A stretch of 64,000 nt of DNA. Source: a virus (Duplodnaviria > Caudoviricetes). The stretch covers positions 8,874 through 72,873 of IMG/VR virus record IMGVR_UViG_2931642416_000001. The stretch is one strand, 5' to 3'. Every line of letters starts with the position of its first letter. The stretch's first letter is position 1. Positions 8,206-17,561 of this stretch are shown here, piece by piece. The notes under the pieces were generated by a model that was not told the origin of the DNA, searched no databases, and saw only the letters and a program-made list of their open reading frames with translations. A program made the translations under genes and the position numbers.

Positions 8206-8536
8206 CACCAAGATCGACACGCCCGCTGACCAGATGCGGTTGGCGGTTCGACGGCTGCGCTGCGATCACCGCTACCCGATCCAGCCGCCGCACGGCTCCC
8301 TCGCCCACCCCGGCCCCTGCCTGAACTGCGGCTTGCCGCACCCCGGCGACGAGCAGGTCCCCGAAGCGCTGGCAGGTGCGCTGGTCTTCCTACTGGACGA
8401 GCTGGCCCGCCAGTACGACATGCCGCCCTGTGACAAGCCGGACGGCTGCTGCAACGGCTGTGAGCGGCGCGACGACTTCGTGTACGCCAACGGCCTCGCC
8501 CAGATCATCAACGGAGACAAGGGATTTGCCTCATGA
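8198..8536 (+). CDS. Cys-rich phage hypothetical protein
   Basis: GAGGAG RBS; CxxC motifs. Confidence 0.65.
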   Translation: MADTKIDTPADQMRLAVRRLRCDHRYPIQPPHGSLAHPGPCLNCGLPHPGDEQVPEALAGALVFLLDELARQYDMPPCDKPDGCCNGCERRDDFVYANGLAQIINGDKGFAS

Positions 8537-8913
8537 GCGACACCAAGATCACCCCGAATCCGTACAGCCCCTACGCCAACGCCGATCCGGAGTGGCGGCA
8601 TCTGATCCCGTCGCTGTTCGGCATCGTCCCGGAGCCGGGCGTGCTGTGCCTGACCGCGTGCGACCGGATGGCGGTCGCGCCGGAGGAGGCGCTCAAGGAC
8701 GCCACGGACGGGCTCGTCGGTGTGGAGAGCTTGCCGGATGGGCTGTGCCCGAGCTGCGTGGCCATGGCCAAGGCAGGCGAGGTGCCGGTCCCGGCGCGCT
8801 CCCAGGAGTGCCGCGAGTGCGGCGAGTTCGGCACGCAGGGCGAGTGGTGCGCTCTGTGCCGTCAGGACCTGCACGACGAGTGGTGGCCGACGCGAGAGGC
8901 GGCGAAGGCATGA
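8533..8913 (+). CDS. Zn-finger phage hypothetical protein
   Basis: Several CxxC motifs; coupled ORF. Confidence 0.65.
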   Translation: MSDTKITPNPYSPYANADPEWRHLIPSLFGIVPEPGVLCLTACDRMAVAPEEALKDATDGLVGVESLPDGLCPSCVAMAKAGEVPVPARSQECRECGEFGTQGEWCALCRQDLHDEWWPTREAAKA

Positions 8914-9305
8914 GCCTACCCACCTACGGCGAGGTGTACGCGAAGGCCGCCGAAGGGTCGCCGTTCTCGAACTCGACAGAGGGCGACGCCTGGATCACCA
9001 ACAACTGCCAGCGCTGCATCCACGACAAGCCCGCCCGCAACGACGACTACGAGAACGCCTGCCCGATCCTCGGAGTCGCCTACTGCGGGAAGACGCCCGC
9101 CGAGTGGATGCGCAAGGAAGGCTTCCGCCTGGGCGACCAGTACACGTGCCTGTTCTTCCGCGACGAGAACGACGGCGGGCCGGACGAGCCGACGCCGGTC
9201 CCGGACCCTCCCGGCCAACTCACGCTGTGCCCGCGAGAGCCGTTCGAGCGTCCGGGGCGGATGTTCGCCGACACGAAGCCGCAGGAGGTGTCCGTCCGTG
9301 GCTGA
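8910..9305 (+). CDS. Phage hypothetical protein (FSNSTEG..W...C..C family)
   Basis: ATGA overlap; conserved-looking Cys motifs. Confidence 0.65.
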   Translation: MSLPTYGEVYAKAAEGSPFSNSTEGDAWITNNCQRCIHDKPARNDDYENACPILGVAYCGKTPAEWMRKEGFRLGDQYTCLFFRDENDGGPDEPTPVPDPPGQLTLCPREPFERPGRMFADTKPQEVSVRG

Positions 9306-9672
9306 CACCGAGAAGACCCTCAGCGACGAGCTGCGAGCCGCCGCCGCGAAGCTGCGCGAGGCGGCTGCTGACGCGCATGGTGGACCGTGGGGCATGGCTG
9401 ACGTCGGCATCGCGGTGATCTCCGCTGACGTGCAGCCGTACGGCGCTCCGTGCGTCGCGGACCGCCTCTACGAGGGCGACGCACGATGGATGGTCCTCAC
9501 GAACCCGCTCCTGGGTGAGCCTCTCGCCTCCTGGCTGGAGACGACGTCGCACGTCATCGACTCGTTCCGCCTGCCGACCCACCCACTGCACGAGCCGTGC
9601 GACGACCCGTGCTGCTACACCGCTCACCACGCTCTGGCTGTGGCTCGGGTCTTGAACGGGACCTCGACGTGA
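9298..9672 (+). CDS. Phage hypothetical protein (Ead-like)
   Basis: ELRAAAAKLRE...GPW...LASWLE pattern. Confidence 0.65.
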   Translation: MADTEKTLSDELRAAAAKLREAAADAHGGPWGMADVGIAVISADVQPYGAPCVADRLYEGDARWMVLTNPLLGEPLASWLETTSHVIDSFRLPTHPLHEPCDDPCCYTAHHALAVARVLNGTST

Positions 9673-10001
9673 TCGGCCTCGACATGTGGGCGGCCCGCCT
9701 CGTCAGAGCCCCGTGGGCCGACACCGCTCCCGCCGCTCCTGTCGTCGTCTCCGAGGTGGCCGAGTCGAGCCCGATGCTCACCACGTACGCCGACACCGTC
9801 TTGGAGGTGGAGGCGGCGGAGCTGGACGTGGTGGCTGACCTGGACCGGCTGACTGCTGGCGGGCTGTCGCCACTGGAGGCGTGCCGGGCGCTGTTCGGCG
9901 GAAGCGACGCGGAGGCGGGGGACGACTCGAACGGGATCGGCTCTAGCGGGCCCCAGAAGGCCGCTACGGGACGAGAAGAGGCGTCTCCGGTCTCCCTGTA
10001 G
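9669..10001 (+). CDS. Phage hypothetical protein
   Basis: GTGA overlap. Confidence 0.45.
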   Translation: MIGLDMWAARLVRAPWADTAPAAPVVVSEVAESSPMLTTYADTVLEVEAAELDVVADLDRLTAGGLSPLEACRALFGGSDAEAGDDSNGIGSSGPQKAATGREEASPVSL

Positions 10002-10121
10002 CGGACGGGTGGCTGAGAGCCCTTTAGAAGCGGCTCTCAGCGCTCCGAGATCAGAACTCCAGTCCTAATCAAGATCGACATGCAGCCTCTCAGGGGCCAT
10101 GTTCGAGAGAGGAAGCGAACG

Positions 10122-10379
10122 ATGAGCACAGAGACCATCACCGCCGCCATCGTCCCGTGGGGTCAGGTCGAGCCCGGCTGGGTCGTCCTGTCTCGCGGGC
10201 AGATCGTCACCGTCTGCGAGGTCTGGCAGAACTGGGAGAAGGGCGTGGGCCTGCTCATCCTGTGCCCCGCTACCTCAGACAGGGAGGAGCACGTCGAGCA
10301 CCGTGAGGAGCACGCCGACGACCTCACGGCTGTGATCTCGCGGGCGGACGTTCGGCAGTCTGGGGAGGCGTCCCGATGA
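10122..10379 (+). CDS. Phage hypothetical protein
   Basis: GAGAGGAAG RBS. Confidence 0.6.
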   Translation: MSTETITAAIVPWGQVEPGWVVLSRGQIVTVCEVWQNWEKGVGLLILCPATSDREEHVEHREEHADDLTAVISRADVRQSGEASR

Positions 10380-10648
10380 CGCCACCGACAAAAGAAGTCG
10401 TCGAGCAGAGGGGGCTGATCCGCCGCTTCCGCCGCTGGCTGCTGGAGCCCCTGGCCCAGCCGTTCACGCCAGGGTTCATCGCCGTCACCGCCGCGCTCGG
10501 GCTGCCGGCCATGGCGTTCGGCTTCTGGTTCGGCCAGTACGCAATGGAGACGGGCAATGGGCGCGTGCTGGCCATCGTCCTGGTGTTCGCGCTCGCCGGG
10601 TTGGCGGACCTGTTCCGGAGGCTGAACCGGGCGCGGCGGTCGAGGTGA
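10376..10648 (+). CDS. Two-TM membrane protein
   Basis: Two hydrophobic segments. Confidence 0.65.
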   Translation: MTPPTKEVVEQRGLIRRFRRWLLEPLAQPFTPGFIAVTAALGLPAMAFGFWFGQYAMETGNGRVLAIVLVFALAGLADLFRRLNRARRSR

Positions 10649-10652
10649 CGGG

Positions 10653-10883
10653 CTACTCGCCGGCGGGCGTCTTGCGGGGGCGGCCGACCTTGGGCTTGGC
10701 GGGCGGCCAGTGCGGTTCTACGAGCTTCAGGGCGGCGTCGAGGTCTTCGCGGGCGAGGCGGAGGAAGGCGCGCAGGAAGTCGTCCATGGTGCGTTGCCGC
10801 TCGGCGAGCCCGTCTTTGACGGGGTCGTACTCGTCTGGCTGGGGGCGGAACGCCTTGGCGCTCAGGCGGTGCTCGGTCGGCAT
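10653..10883 (-). CDS. RHH-like regulator with C-terminal AT-hook-like GRPRK
   Basis: KAFRP..DEYD...TMDDFLRAFLR; KVGRPRK; upstream operators. Confidence 0.65.
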   Translation of the reverse strand: MPTEHRLSAKAFRPQPDEYDPVKDGLAERQRTMDDFLRAFLRLAREDLDAALKLVEPHWPPAKPKVGRPRKTPAGE

Positions 10884-10902
10884 GAGATCAGTGTGCCAGA
10901 GG

Positions 10903-10961
10903 GGCTAGCCACCTTCTAGTGGGCGTGCTATGTTCATCTCAACAGAAGGTGGCTAGCCACC
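10903..10961. promoter_or_regulatory. Operator pair in divergent promoter
   Basis: Inverted repeat GGCTAGCCACCTTCT (10903-10917) / AGAAGGTGGCTAGCC (10944-10958); palindrome GGTGGCTAGCCACC. Confidence 0.7.
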
Positions 10962-10983
10962 ATACGGAGCCAAGGAGAACGAG

Positions 10984-11175
10984 ATGCAGGTCATGGAGAT
11001 CGGAACCCGGATCCGCTACTGGGACACCGACTATCCGGCGCTGGGCACCATCCTCCGGGCCCGCATCGACGGCCAGGGCGAGGACGCCGAGGCCGAGTAC
11101 CTGATCCGGTGGGACAACGACCCCGACCAGGAGGGCCCCACCTGGTCCTGGTGGATGGAGATCGTCCCCGTCTAG
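10984..11175 (+). CDS. Small SH3-like hypothetical protein
   Basis: AAGGAG RBS. Confidence 0.65.
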   Translation: MQVMEIGTRIRYWDTDYPALGTILRARIDGQGEDAEAEYLIRWDNDPDQEGPTWSWWMEIVPV

Positions 11176-11240
11176 CAGACCCCGAGGGCCCCGAGAGGGG
11201 CCCAACCCCCTCTCCCTGATCACCCGAAGGTGGTGAGAAC

Positions 11241-11723
11241 ATGTCCGACTTCGTCGCGCCGCCCGGTGCCAACGACGCCATCCGCGAGCACCTGGTCAAC
11301 TCCGCTGAGATCGCCCGCCGTACGGGCGTCACCAAGCAGGCGGTCAGCCTGTGGATCACCCGCCACCAGTCGCTAGCGGAGCTCGTCATCACCTGGGTCG
11401 GCTCCCACAACCCGATGTTCTGGTGGCCGGAGGTCGAGGCCGAGCTGGGCCGGCTCGGCCTCCCCGGCGCCCAGGCTGGCGAACCCCGGTGCGGCGCAAC
11501 CAGAGTCCACGACCAGAGGACACTCATCTGCGCCCGGGCGGAGGACCACGACGGCAGCCACATCGACCGCTACCGTCGCGCCCGCTGGGCCGACGGCGGC
11601 CCGGCGACCGACCTTGAGGGCCGGCCCCTGCTGGGCGGCACCGTCCCGACCTCGGACCCGCGGGCGTTCCGCCGTCGCAGGACCACCCCGGCCCGCCTTG
11701 GAAAGACCGGAGGCGCAGCATGA
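11241..11723 (+). CDS. HTH DNA-binding protein
   Basis: LVNSAEIARRTGVTKQAVSLW. Confidence 0.75.
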   Translation: MSDFVAPPGANDAIREHLVNSAEIARRTGVTKQAVSLWITRHQSLAELVITWVGSHNPMFWWPEVEAELGRLGLPGAQAGEPRCGATRVHDQRTLICARAEDHDGSHIDRYRRARWADGGPATDLEGRPLLGGTVPTSDPRAFRRRRTTPARLGKTGGAA

Positions 11724-12052
11724 CCCCCGTCCACCCGCCCGACCTGCACGGCCGGCCGTGCATCGCCTGCACCGACCCCGACGCGTACGAGGCGTGGCAG
11801 GCCACCCAGCGCTCCCACGCCGACCAGTACAGCGGGTGGGCTGAGACGCTCCGGGCCGCCGGCCAGGTGATGAAGGAGCGGTCCGTCTGGGCGGCCGTCC
11901 GCGGCGAGGACAGCGCCGACTACGCCATCCTCAACGTCCGGCTGTGCGGGGAAGCCAACGCTCTAGCGATGCGCGCCAACAGCATCCGCCACCACATGGA
12001 GGTGGTCGCGGCCAGCCACACCGAACCCGTCCAGACGACCCTCCCGGCATAG
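11720..12052 (+). CDS. Phage hypothetical protein
   Basis: Coupled ORF with GGAGG RBS. Confidence 0.6.
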   Translation: MTPVHPPDLHGRPCIACTDPDAYEAWQATQRSHADQYSGWAETLRAAGQVMKERSVWAAVRGEDSADYAILNVRLCGEANALAMRANSIRHHMEVVAASHTEPVQTTLPA

Positions 12053-12061
12053 GAGGACGCG

Positions 12062-12412
12062 ATGGTCGACAAGCTCGTCGCCACCGGCGACGCCGACGCT
12101 GACACCTACCTGCACATCGCCCGCGAGATGCGCGCATGGAAGGCCGCCCTACGCCTCGCCGAGGAGTACGTGGTGGACGGGCACCGGTACGAGAAAGTGC
12201 CGTGGCCGCGCGCCGAAACCGCCCTCAACCCCGTCGGGTACACGCTCGCCGCCGACGTCGTCGACCTCGCCCCGATCGCCATCGACTCCGCCCGCGAGCG
12301 TGCACGCCGGCACCTGGAAGCCGTACAAGCCCGCAACCCCGCGACGGCCGACCTGATCGCCGCTCACGCCGCCTACCTGCTCGGCCCCGAACCGAACGGA
12401 GACCCCCGATGA
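12062..12412 (+). CDS. Phage hypothetical protein
   Basis: AGGAGG RBS. Confidence 0.65.
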   Translation: MVDKLVATGDADADTYLHIAREMRAWKAALRLAEEYVVDGHRYEKVPWPRAETALNPVGYTLAADVVDLAPIAIDSARERARRHLEAVQARNPATADLIAAHAAYLLGPEPNGDPR

Positions 12413-12714
12413 ACCCGATCGTCATGCCCGACCGCACGACCGACCTGTACGTGTGGCTGACCGTCCGCGAAACCGCCGGCCCGTACCAGGTCGACGGCGC
12501 CCACCTGGACGAGGAGGCTGCCCGCGACCAGGCCGAGAAGCTCGCGGAAGCCGACTTCCCGCCCGGCACGGTGTTCTCGTGGGCGCCCGTCACAGGTGAC
12601 GACCCAGACGGGCCGCAGGTGCTGTTCGCAGACACACCCGACCAGGAGGACGTGCAGACCCGCCACCAGGTGCACTGGCGGCCGGTCCGGCTCGGCGGCG
12701 AAGGCGAAGACTGA
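12409..12714 (+). CDS. Phage hypothetical protein
   Basis: ATGA overlap. Confidence 0.6.
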   Translation: MNPIVMPDRTTDLYVWLTVRETAGPYQVDGAHLDEEAARDQAEKLAEADFPPGTVFSWAPVTGDDPDGPQVLFADTPDQEDVQTRHQVHWRPVRLGGEGED

Positions 12715-12784
12715 CGACCCTCACGGGCGGGACCTTCGCTGTCCCGCCCGCCCCTGACCAGACCCCCTGAACGGAGACCGACCG

Positions 12785-12997
12785 ATGACCGCCACGCTGA
12801 CGCAGCAGCCGATCTACACCCTGGCCTGCGACGCGCCTGACTGCGGAGCCACCTTCGAGGCGAAGCATGACTTCGACCAGGGCAGCGATCGGGCGACCCG
12901 ACGTGCTGCCCGCCGCGCTGGCTGGGATGTACCACCGCCGCGCGGCAAGGGCTCCCGCTCGCCGTACGACTTCTGCCCCGAGCACAAGCGCCGCTGA
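12785..12997 (+). CDS. Small Zn-finger protein
   Basis: CD..DC...GW...DFCPEH. Confidence 0.65.
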   Translation: MTATLTQQPIYTLACDAPDCGATFEAKHDFDQGSDRATRRAARRAGWDVPPPRGKGSRSPYDFCPEHKRR

Positions 12998-13065
12998 CCT
13001 CTCGCCCTCTCCGCCTACACGGGAGAGACCGCAACCCAAGACCCCCGAGCAACCGAGAAGGCGAC

Positions 13066-13332
13066 ATGAGCAACGAACTCACCCCGAACGAGCGGGAGGT
13101 CCTCGCCGACGTGTTCGGCGACGACCCGACGTACAAGGAACAGGAGCGCGAGTACGTCGTCGTCTCCTACTGGCGGGGCAAGGGGAGGCTGTCCGCCCAC
13201 GGCCCTTACCCGCAGCACCTCGCCGAGAAGAAGGCCAAGGCCGAGGGCGGCATCGTCGCCGAACGAGTCAAGACCACGACATGGGGACCATGGAGCCTCG
13301 CCTCTCCGGACTCCTCCTCCGAGGAGGGCTGA
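13066..13332 (+). CDS. Phage hypothetical protein
   Basis: ORF with codon bias. Confidence 0.6.
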   Translation: MSNELTPNEREVLADVFGDDPTYKEQEREYVVVSYWRGKGRLSAHGPYPQHLAEKKAKAEGGIVAERVKTTTWGPWSLASPDSSSEEG

Positions 13333-13336
13333 CCCG

Positions 13337-13519
13337 ATGCCTAAGGACACTCGCCGCTCGGGCTACCCGGCTGACGTTGCTGTCCCGGACTGGCTGCTGA
13401 ACACCGCCGTCCGGGCCTGGCAGCAGAACCCCTCCCTGCCACTCAACGACCGCATGCGAGCGGTCCTCGTAGAAGCGCTCACCGAGTACCGGATCGCCTA
13501 CTGGCCCGAGGAGGGCTGA
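13337..13519 (+). CDS. Small phage hypothetical protein
   Basis: GAGGAGG RBS. Confidence 0.55.
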   Translation: MPKDTRRSGYPADVAVPDWLLNTAVRAWQQNPSLPLNDRMRAVLVEALTEYRIAYWPEEG

Positions 13520-13523
13520 CCCG

Positions 13524-13778
13524 ATGGCTACGATCTCCGCCGCGCAGCTCAGCCTCCTCCGCCGCTCCCACGAGGGCACCGTGTACGTGGACCGCGACCC
13601 GGGATCGTCACGCCCGGGAAGCGGCATCCACCGCCGCACCCTCGACGCTCTCCGAAACGCCGGCCTCCTCCGCAAGGGCGACTACGTGCCGTTGAAGGGC
13701 CGCCCGCTGGTCGTCACCACGAAGGGCGTAGCGCTCCTGATCCACCTCGGACAGACCCCTGCCCCGGAGGAGGGGTGA
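13524..13778 (+). CDS. Winged-helix-like small protein
   Basis: RRTLDALRNAGLL...VTTKG. Confidence 0.6.
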   Translation: MATISAAQLSLLRRSHEGTVYVDRDPGSSRPGSGIHRRTLDALRNAGLLRKGDYVPLKGRPLVVTTKGVALLIHLGQTPAPEEG

Positions 13779-13781
13779 CCC

Positions 13782-14021
13782 GTGGCCGACTTCAACATCC
13801 CTCGCGGCCCGATTGACTCCGAGCCGCTACGCGCCATACTCGCCGACCCCAGCGAGTCCACGCGCCTCGCCAAGACGGCCGCCCTCCAGACGGCGCTCGA
13901 CGGTGTCGAACTTGGCGAGTGGGACCGCACCATCCTGGTCTGGTTGGCGGGATGGGAGCCTTCCACCGTCGCCGTCGTCTGCTCGTGGCTGCACCGGGTT
14001 AGGGAGGCGCCCCGTGGGTGA
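13782..14021 (+). CDS. Phage hypothetical protein
   Basis: GVELGEWDRTILVWLAGWE motif. Confidence 0.6.
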   Translation: MADFNIPRGPIDSEPLRAILADPSESTRLAKTAALQTALDGVELGEWDRTILVWLAGWEPSTVAVVCSWLHRVREAPRG

Positions 14022-14415
14022 CCGAGAGCCGAAGCGCATCCAGAGACGACGCACGAAGGGCTACAAGCTCCCCGAGGGGGCGGTCTGCGTAGACCGCACC
14101 ACGAAGTGGGGCAACCCTGTTCGGATCACACCGGAGCGCAGCGAACGCGACGGCAGGCGCATGTACCGCGTCCACGGCAGCCCGATGGACATCAGCGGCG
14201 GACCGTCCTACAACGACCTGGAGACGGCACGCTACTTCGCCGCGAAGTTCTTCAAGTGGGACCTGCTCAACGGACGGTACGGAGACGCCTACCCGTCCCT
14301 GGACGAGATTCGACGCGAGCTGGCAGGCAAGGATCTCGCGTGCTGGTGTCCAGAGGGCCCCTGCCATGCGGACGTGCTATTGGAGATCGCGGACGGAGCG
14401 TACGCCGATGCCTGA
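14014..14415 (+). CDS. DUF4326-domain protein
   Basis: PKRIQRRRTKG..LP, R.TKWGNP, ELAGKDLACWC..PCHADVL. Confidence 0.85.
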   Translation: MGDREPKRIQRRRTKGYKLPEGAVCVDRTTKWGNPVRITPERSERDGRRMYRVHGSPMDISGGPSYNDLETARYFAAKFFKWDLLNGRYGDAYPSLDEIRRELAGKDLACWCPEGPCHADVLLEIADGAYADA

Positions 14416-14752
14416 GCCCATCCCAGCAGAAGCCGAACAGGCTGTCGCTGACGACCTCATGGAGGCGTTCGCCAACGTGCCGTTCCGCTTCTGGACCTGC
14501 CTCAATAAGGCGCACAAGGACGTCACCTGGAACGGCGACGTCGCCTCCTGCGACACGTGCGGGCTCACCTCAACCATGAAGGACGCCTGGACCAAGCTCG
14601 TCCGCGAGCACGAGCGCAAGAGGACCGCCGAAGAGATCGCCACCGCCATCGAGGCCCGCCGCTGCTCGATGGACCGCAAGTTCTGTGTCTCGTGCGTGTG
14701 CCGTCCCGAGGATGCTGCCCTCGCCCGCCAGATAGGAGAAGCCCGTGCCTGA
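14408..14752 (+). CDS. Phage hypothetical protein
   Basis: Coupled ORF; CxxC. Confidence 0.6.
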   Translation: MPEPIPAEAEQAVADDLMEAFANVPFRFWTCLNKAHKDVTWNGDVASCDTCGLTSTMKDAWTKLVREHERKRTAEEIATAIEARRCSMDRKFCVSCVCRPEDAALARQIGEARA

Positions 14753-15014
14753 GGACGTGACCATCGTCGTGGACGAGACAGAGGGCAGCCCCTTCGATCG
14801 GATCCGCCGCATCGCTGTCGGCGCTGCTAACGGCTGGGCGCTGGGGCCGAACGGCTTCTACCAGCAGCCACGGATGACGGGTGCTGACATCGCACATGGG
14901 CAGGTCCGCGCGGACCTGCTACACCTGCTGGAGCTGGGGCTCATCAGCATCGACGAGCAGCGCCTCAACGAGCTGCGCATGTACAAGCCGTGGAGGGAGG
15001 AGGACCGTGGCTGA
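14745..15014 (+). CDS. Phage hypothetical protein
   Basis: AGGAG RBS. Confidence 0.6.
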   Translation: MPEDVTIVVDETEGSPFDRIRRIAVGAANGWALGPNGFYQQPRMTGADIAHGQVRADLLHLLELGLISIDEQRLNELRMYKPWREEDRG

Positions 15015-15450
15015 TGACCTCCGCCACCGCTACGCCGAAGCGCTCGCCGCGAAGTTCACCGAACCGGTCTACCGGTCCGACAGGGACGGCGAGAACGAGT
15101 GGGTCGAGAACCCTGAGCCCGCCGACCGGATCGACCAGACGCCGTACGTCATGGTCTCCGCAGGGGATGGGTGTCGGGCGTTCTACACGCCGTCGTGTGC
15201 CGAGCTCGCTGAGGTGGTCGCCGCTGTACGAGACGAGGAACTGGAACGGCTCCACGCCGTCCTCGCCCGTGTCCGTGCTCAAGCTGCAGAGTGGGCGCAG
15301 CTCGCCGAACGCGGAGACCCCTGTGCAGAGCGGGTAGACCTGGCTATTGCTGACTGTGGACGCGACGTCCTCGCCGCTCTCGACGCTAGCCTGCCCCCAC
15401 CGAAGTCTCTCAAAGTGGAAGACGTGCCCATGGCCAGCGGAGGAGACTGA
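15007..15450 (+). CDS. Phage hypothetical protein
   Basis: DLRHRYAEAL...VRDEELERL pattern. Confidence 0.6.
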   Translation: MADDLRHRYAEALAAKFTEPVYRSDRDGENEWVENPEPADRIDQTPYVMVSAGDGCRAFYTPSCAELAEVVAAVRDEELERLHAVLARVRAQAAEWAQLAERGDPCAERVDLAIADCGRDVLAALDASLPPPKSLKVEDVPMASGGD

Positions 15451-15494
15451 GACCGGCGGGCGAGACAGCAGTCCGCCCTGTTCAAGGAGGCCAA

Positions 15495-15920
15495 GTGACG
15501 CCGATGCCGAACGACCCGGACCTCTTGAGCGAAGCTCTTTGCAAGACCGCACTCGCCGGCGTAACCGTGAACACTCCCACGCAGGGACGGAACGAGGTCT
15601 ACCACCTGCTGAACCACGAGCTCAGGCCGCTCTGTGGCTGCGGCGAAGCCGACGGGCGGCGTCTAATGGCCGTCGAAGCTCCCTGGATGCTCCGCTGTGG
15701 TAGGTCCGGGTGTCTGGAGCACTGGCGATTCATCAAGAAGGCCAACGAGGTGCTCGTCACAGCAGCAGGGGACTGCTATCACGACTACGTGGATTGCGAG
15801 GCGTTCCTGAACGGACGTCGCGGCAGCCTGCATGCGCAGTACCACCTGCATGATGTTGAACAGACGGACGTGTTCAAGGCTGAACGAAAAGGAAAGCGCC
15901 CTTGCCCGACCTGCCGGTGA
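15495..15920 (+). CDS. Cys/His-rich metal-binding hypothetical protein
   Basis: YH....C motifs and terminal PCPTC. Confidence 0.6.
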   Translation: MTPMPNDPDLLSEALCKTALAGVTVNTPTQGRNEVYHLLNHELRPLCGCGEADGRRLMAVEAPWMLRCGRSGCLEHWRFIKKANEVLVTAAGDCYHDYVDCEAFLNGRRGSLHAQYHLHDVEQTDVFKAERKGKRPCPTCR

Positions 15921-16141
15921 GCGAGCTGCTCCTTAACCTCGATGAGCCTTCTACCCGAGAGCACGTCACCCGATGCGCCGCCTGCAAGCACACCCTGCGC
16001 ACCCCTGAGTCTCGTGCTCTCGGCATCGGCCCTGACTGCGCGTCCAAGCTCGGCATCGCACCCCGCAAGCCTCTCCGGATCACTGGTGTCCCTACCGGGT
16101 GGGACGTGGAGGGACAGACAGACCTACTGGAGGAGACGTGA
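15917..16141 (+). CDS. DUF6011-domain Zn-finger protein
   Basis: C..C...L..PES...GIGPDC. Confidence 0.8.
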   Translation: MSELLLNLDEPSTREHVTRCAACKHTLRTPESRALGIGPDCASKLGIAPRKPLRITGVPTGWDVEGQTDLLEET

Positions 16142-16335
16142 CCCGCTACTTCCATCCGATGCACGTCTACGACACTAGGGACGGATGGACCTGGGGTGTG
16201 CTCGCCTACGAGGAGCCGGCCGGGTTCTGCGTGTGGGATGAGGGGCTTCAGATGTTCATCGGCGCAGGCATCACAGAGCCCGTGGCGATGCTCAGCCTGG
16301 GGGAGCCGTACGAGACCCCGGACGGCCGGATATGA
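16138..16335 (+). CDS. Small phage hypothetical protein
   Basis: GGAGGAG RBS; overlap. Confidence 0.55.
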   Translation: MTRYFHPMHVYDTRDGWTWGVLAYEEPAGFCVWDEGLQMFIGAGITEPVAMLSLGEPYETPDGRI

Positions 16336-16523
16336 CCGCCGTCGAACACTTGTGGTCGGTCGATCAGGACGCCTACGAGGACGTCAGCGACGACGGACGG
16401 TACGTCGAGTGGAAGCCCACCGGGTACGCCTCGTTCCGCTGCTCGTGCGGCATCTTCGAGCACGGCCGCTCCGACATGATCGTGGCGCTCGCCAAGCTAC
16501 ACCTCGGCGAAGACGAGTTGTGA
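16332..16523 (+). CDS. Small phage hypothetical protein
   Basis: ATGA overlap; CSCG. Confidence 0.55.
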   Translation: MTAVEHLWSVDQDAYEDVSDDGRYVEWKPTGYASFRCSCGIFEHGRSDMIVALAKLHLGEDEL

Positions 16524-16688
16524 GACGATTACTGTCGTTCCCGCCACTCCGGCATACGCCAGACTCTCACTAGACAGCGAAAGCGGCCCTCCGCACCACC
16601 GGAGAGCCGCCTCGTCCCACTAGTCCTCGCCCACCGCAATGCCCTCATAAGCGGTCTCCTGTAAGCGTACTGCTCAGAGGGGGACAAA

Positions 16689-17561
16689 GTGGCCCTGGAC
16701 TGCCCCGTCGCATCCTGCGACCGCACCATGCCCGGCTCGGCCCGCATCTGCGGAGCCTGTGAGGCCGAACTCGACCGCGAACTCGCCGCCGTCCCGGACC
16801 TGTGGGCGGACCTCGATCTCGCCATCACTAGGCAGACCCGCCTCACCAGCGGGGGAGTCGGCGGACGCGGCAACGAGAAGCCACTCCCGTGGAACGAACG
16901 AGCATCGGAGGCGGCTGACCATCTCGCCGTGATCCTGCTCGGCTGGACCCGAGTCCTCGTCGCCTCCGTCCACCCCTTGCAAGGCCCCGTCTGCGCCTCC
17001 TGCGACCACCCGTCGTGCACGTACATCCACCTCGGCCGCGAACCCCACCACGACCCCGTCCACGTTTCTCGTTGGCTCCGCAGGCACGCCGGCCCGCTCA
17101 TCGCCCACCCCGCCGGCCCCGACGCCGTCGAGGAGATCCTTCTCGCCGCCAGGAACGCCCGCTACGCCACCGACGCCCCACCGCGGGATCTCGTCTACGC
17201 CGGCCCGTGCGACGCCTGCGAAGGCGACCTGTACGCCCGACCTGGCGCTGTGTCGGTCTGCTGCCGCTGGTGTGTGGACGAGGACGGGCAGCGGCCCCGC
17301 TACGACGTCCACGCCCGCCGCGAGTGGATGCTGAAAGCCCTCGAAGACCGACAGTTCGGCGCCCCGACGATCGCCCGCGCGCTGACGTCGCTGATCCGGC
17401 CGATCAAGCCCGCCCTGCTACACACCTGGATCTCCAGGGGCAAGCTCCAGCCGGCAGGGCTGGACGAGTCGGGGCGCATGGTTTTCCGCGTGGGCGACGT
17501 GATCGACCTCATGGCCTCGGGCGACACGAGGGGTCGTCAGCGTGACCTGGTAGTTGCGTAG
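16689..17561 (+). CDS. Zn-finger + C-terminal HTH protein; putative late-gene regulator
   Basis: Several CxxC; C-terminal LHTWISRGKL...FRVGDVIDL; last large early gene. Confidence 0.7.
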   Translation: MALDCPVASCDRTMPGSARICGACEAELDRELAAVPDLWADLDLAITRQTRLTSGGVGGRGNEKPLPWNERASEAADHLAVILLGWTRVLVASVHPLQGPVCASCDHPSCTYIHLGREPHHDPVHVSRWLRRHAGPLIAHPAGPDAVEEILLAARNARYATDAPPRDLVYAGPCDACEGDLYARPGAVSVCCRWCVDEDGQRPRYDVHARREWMLKALEDRQFGAPTIARALTSLIRPIKPALLHTWISRGKLQPAGLDESGRMVFRVGDVIDLMASGDTRGRQRDLVVA

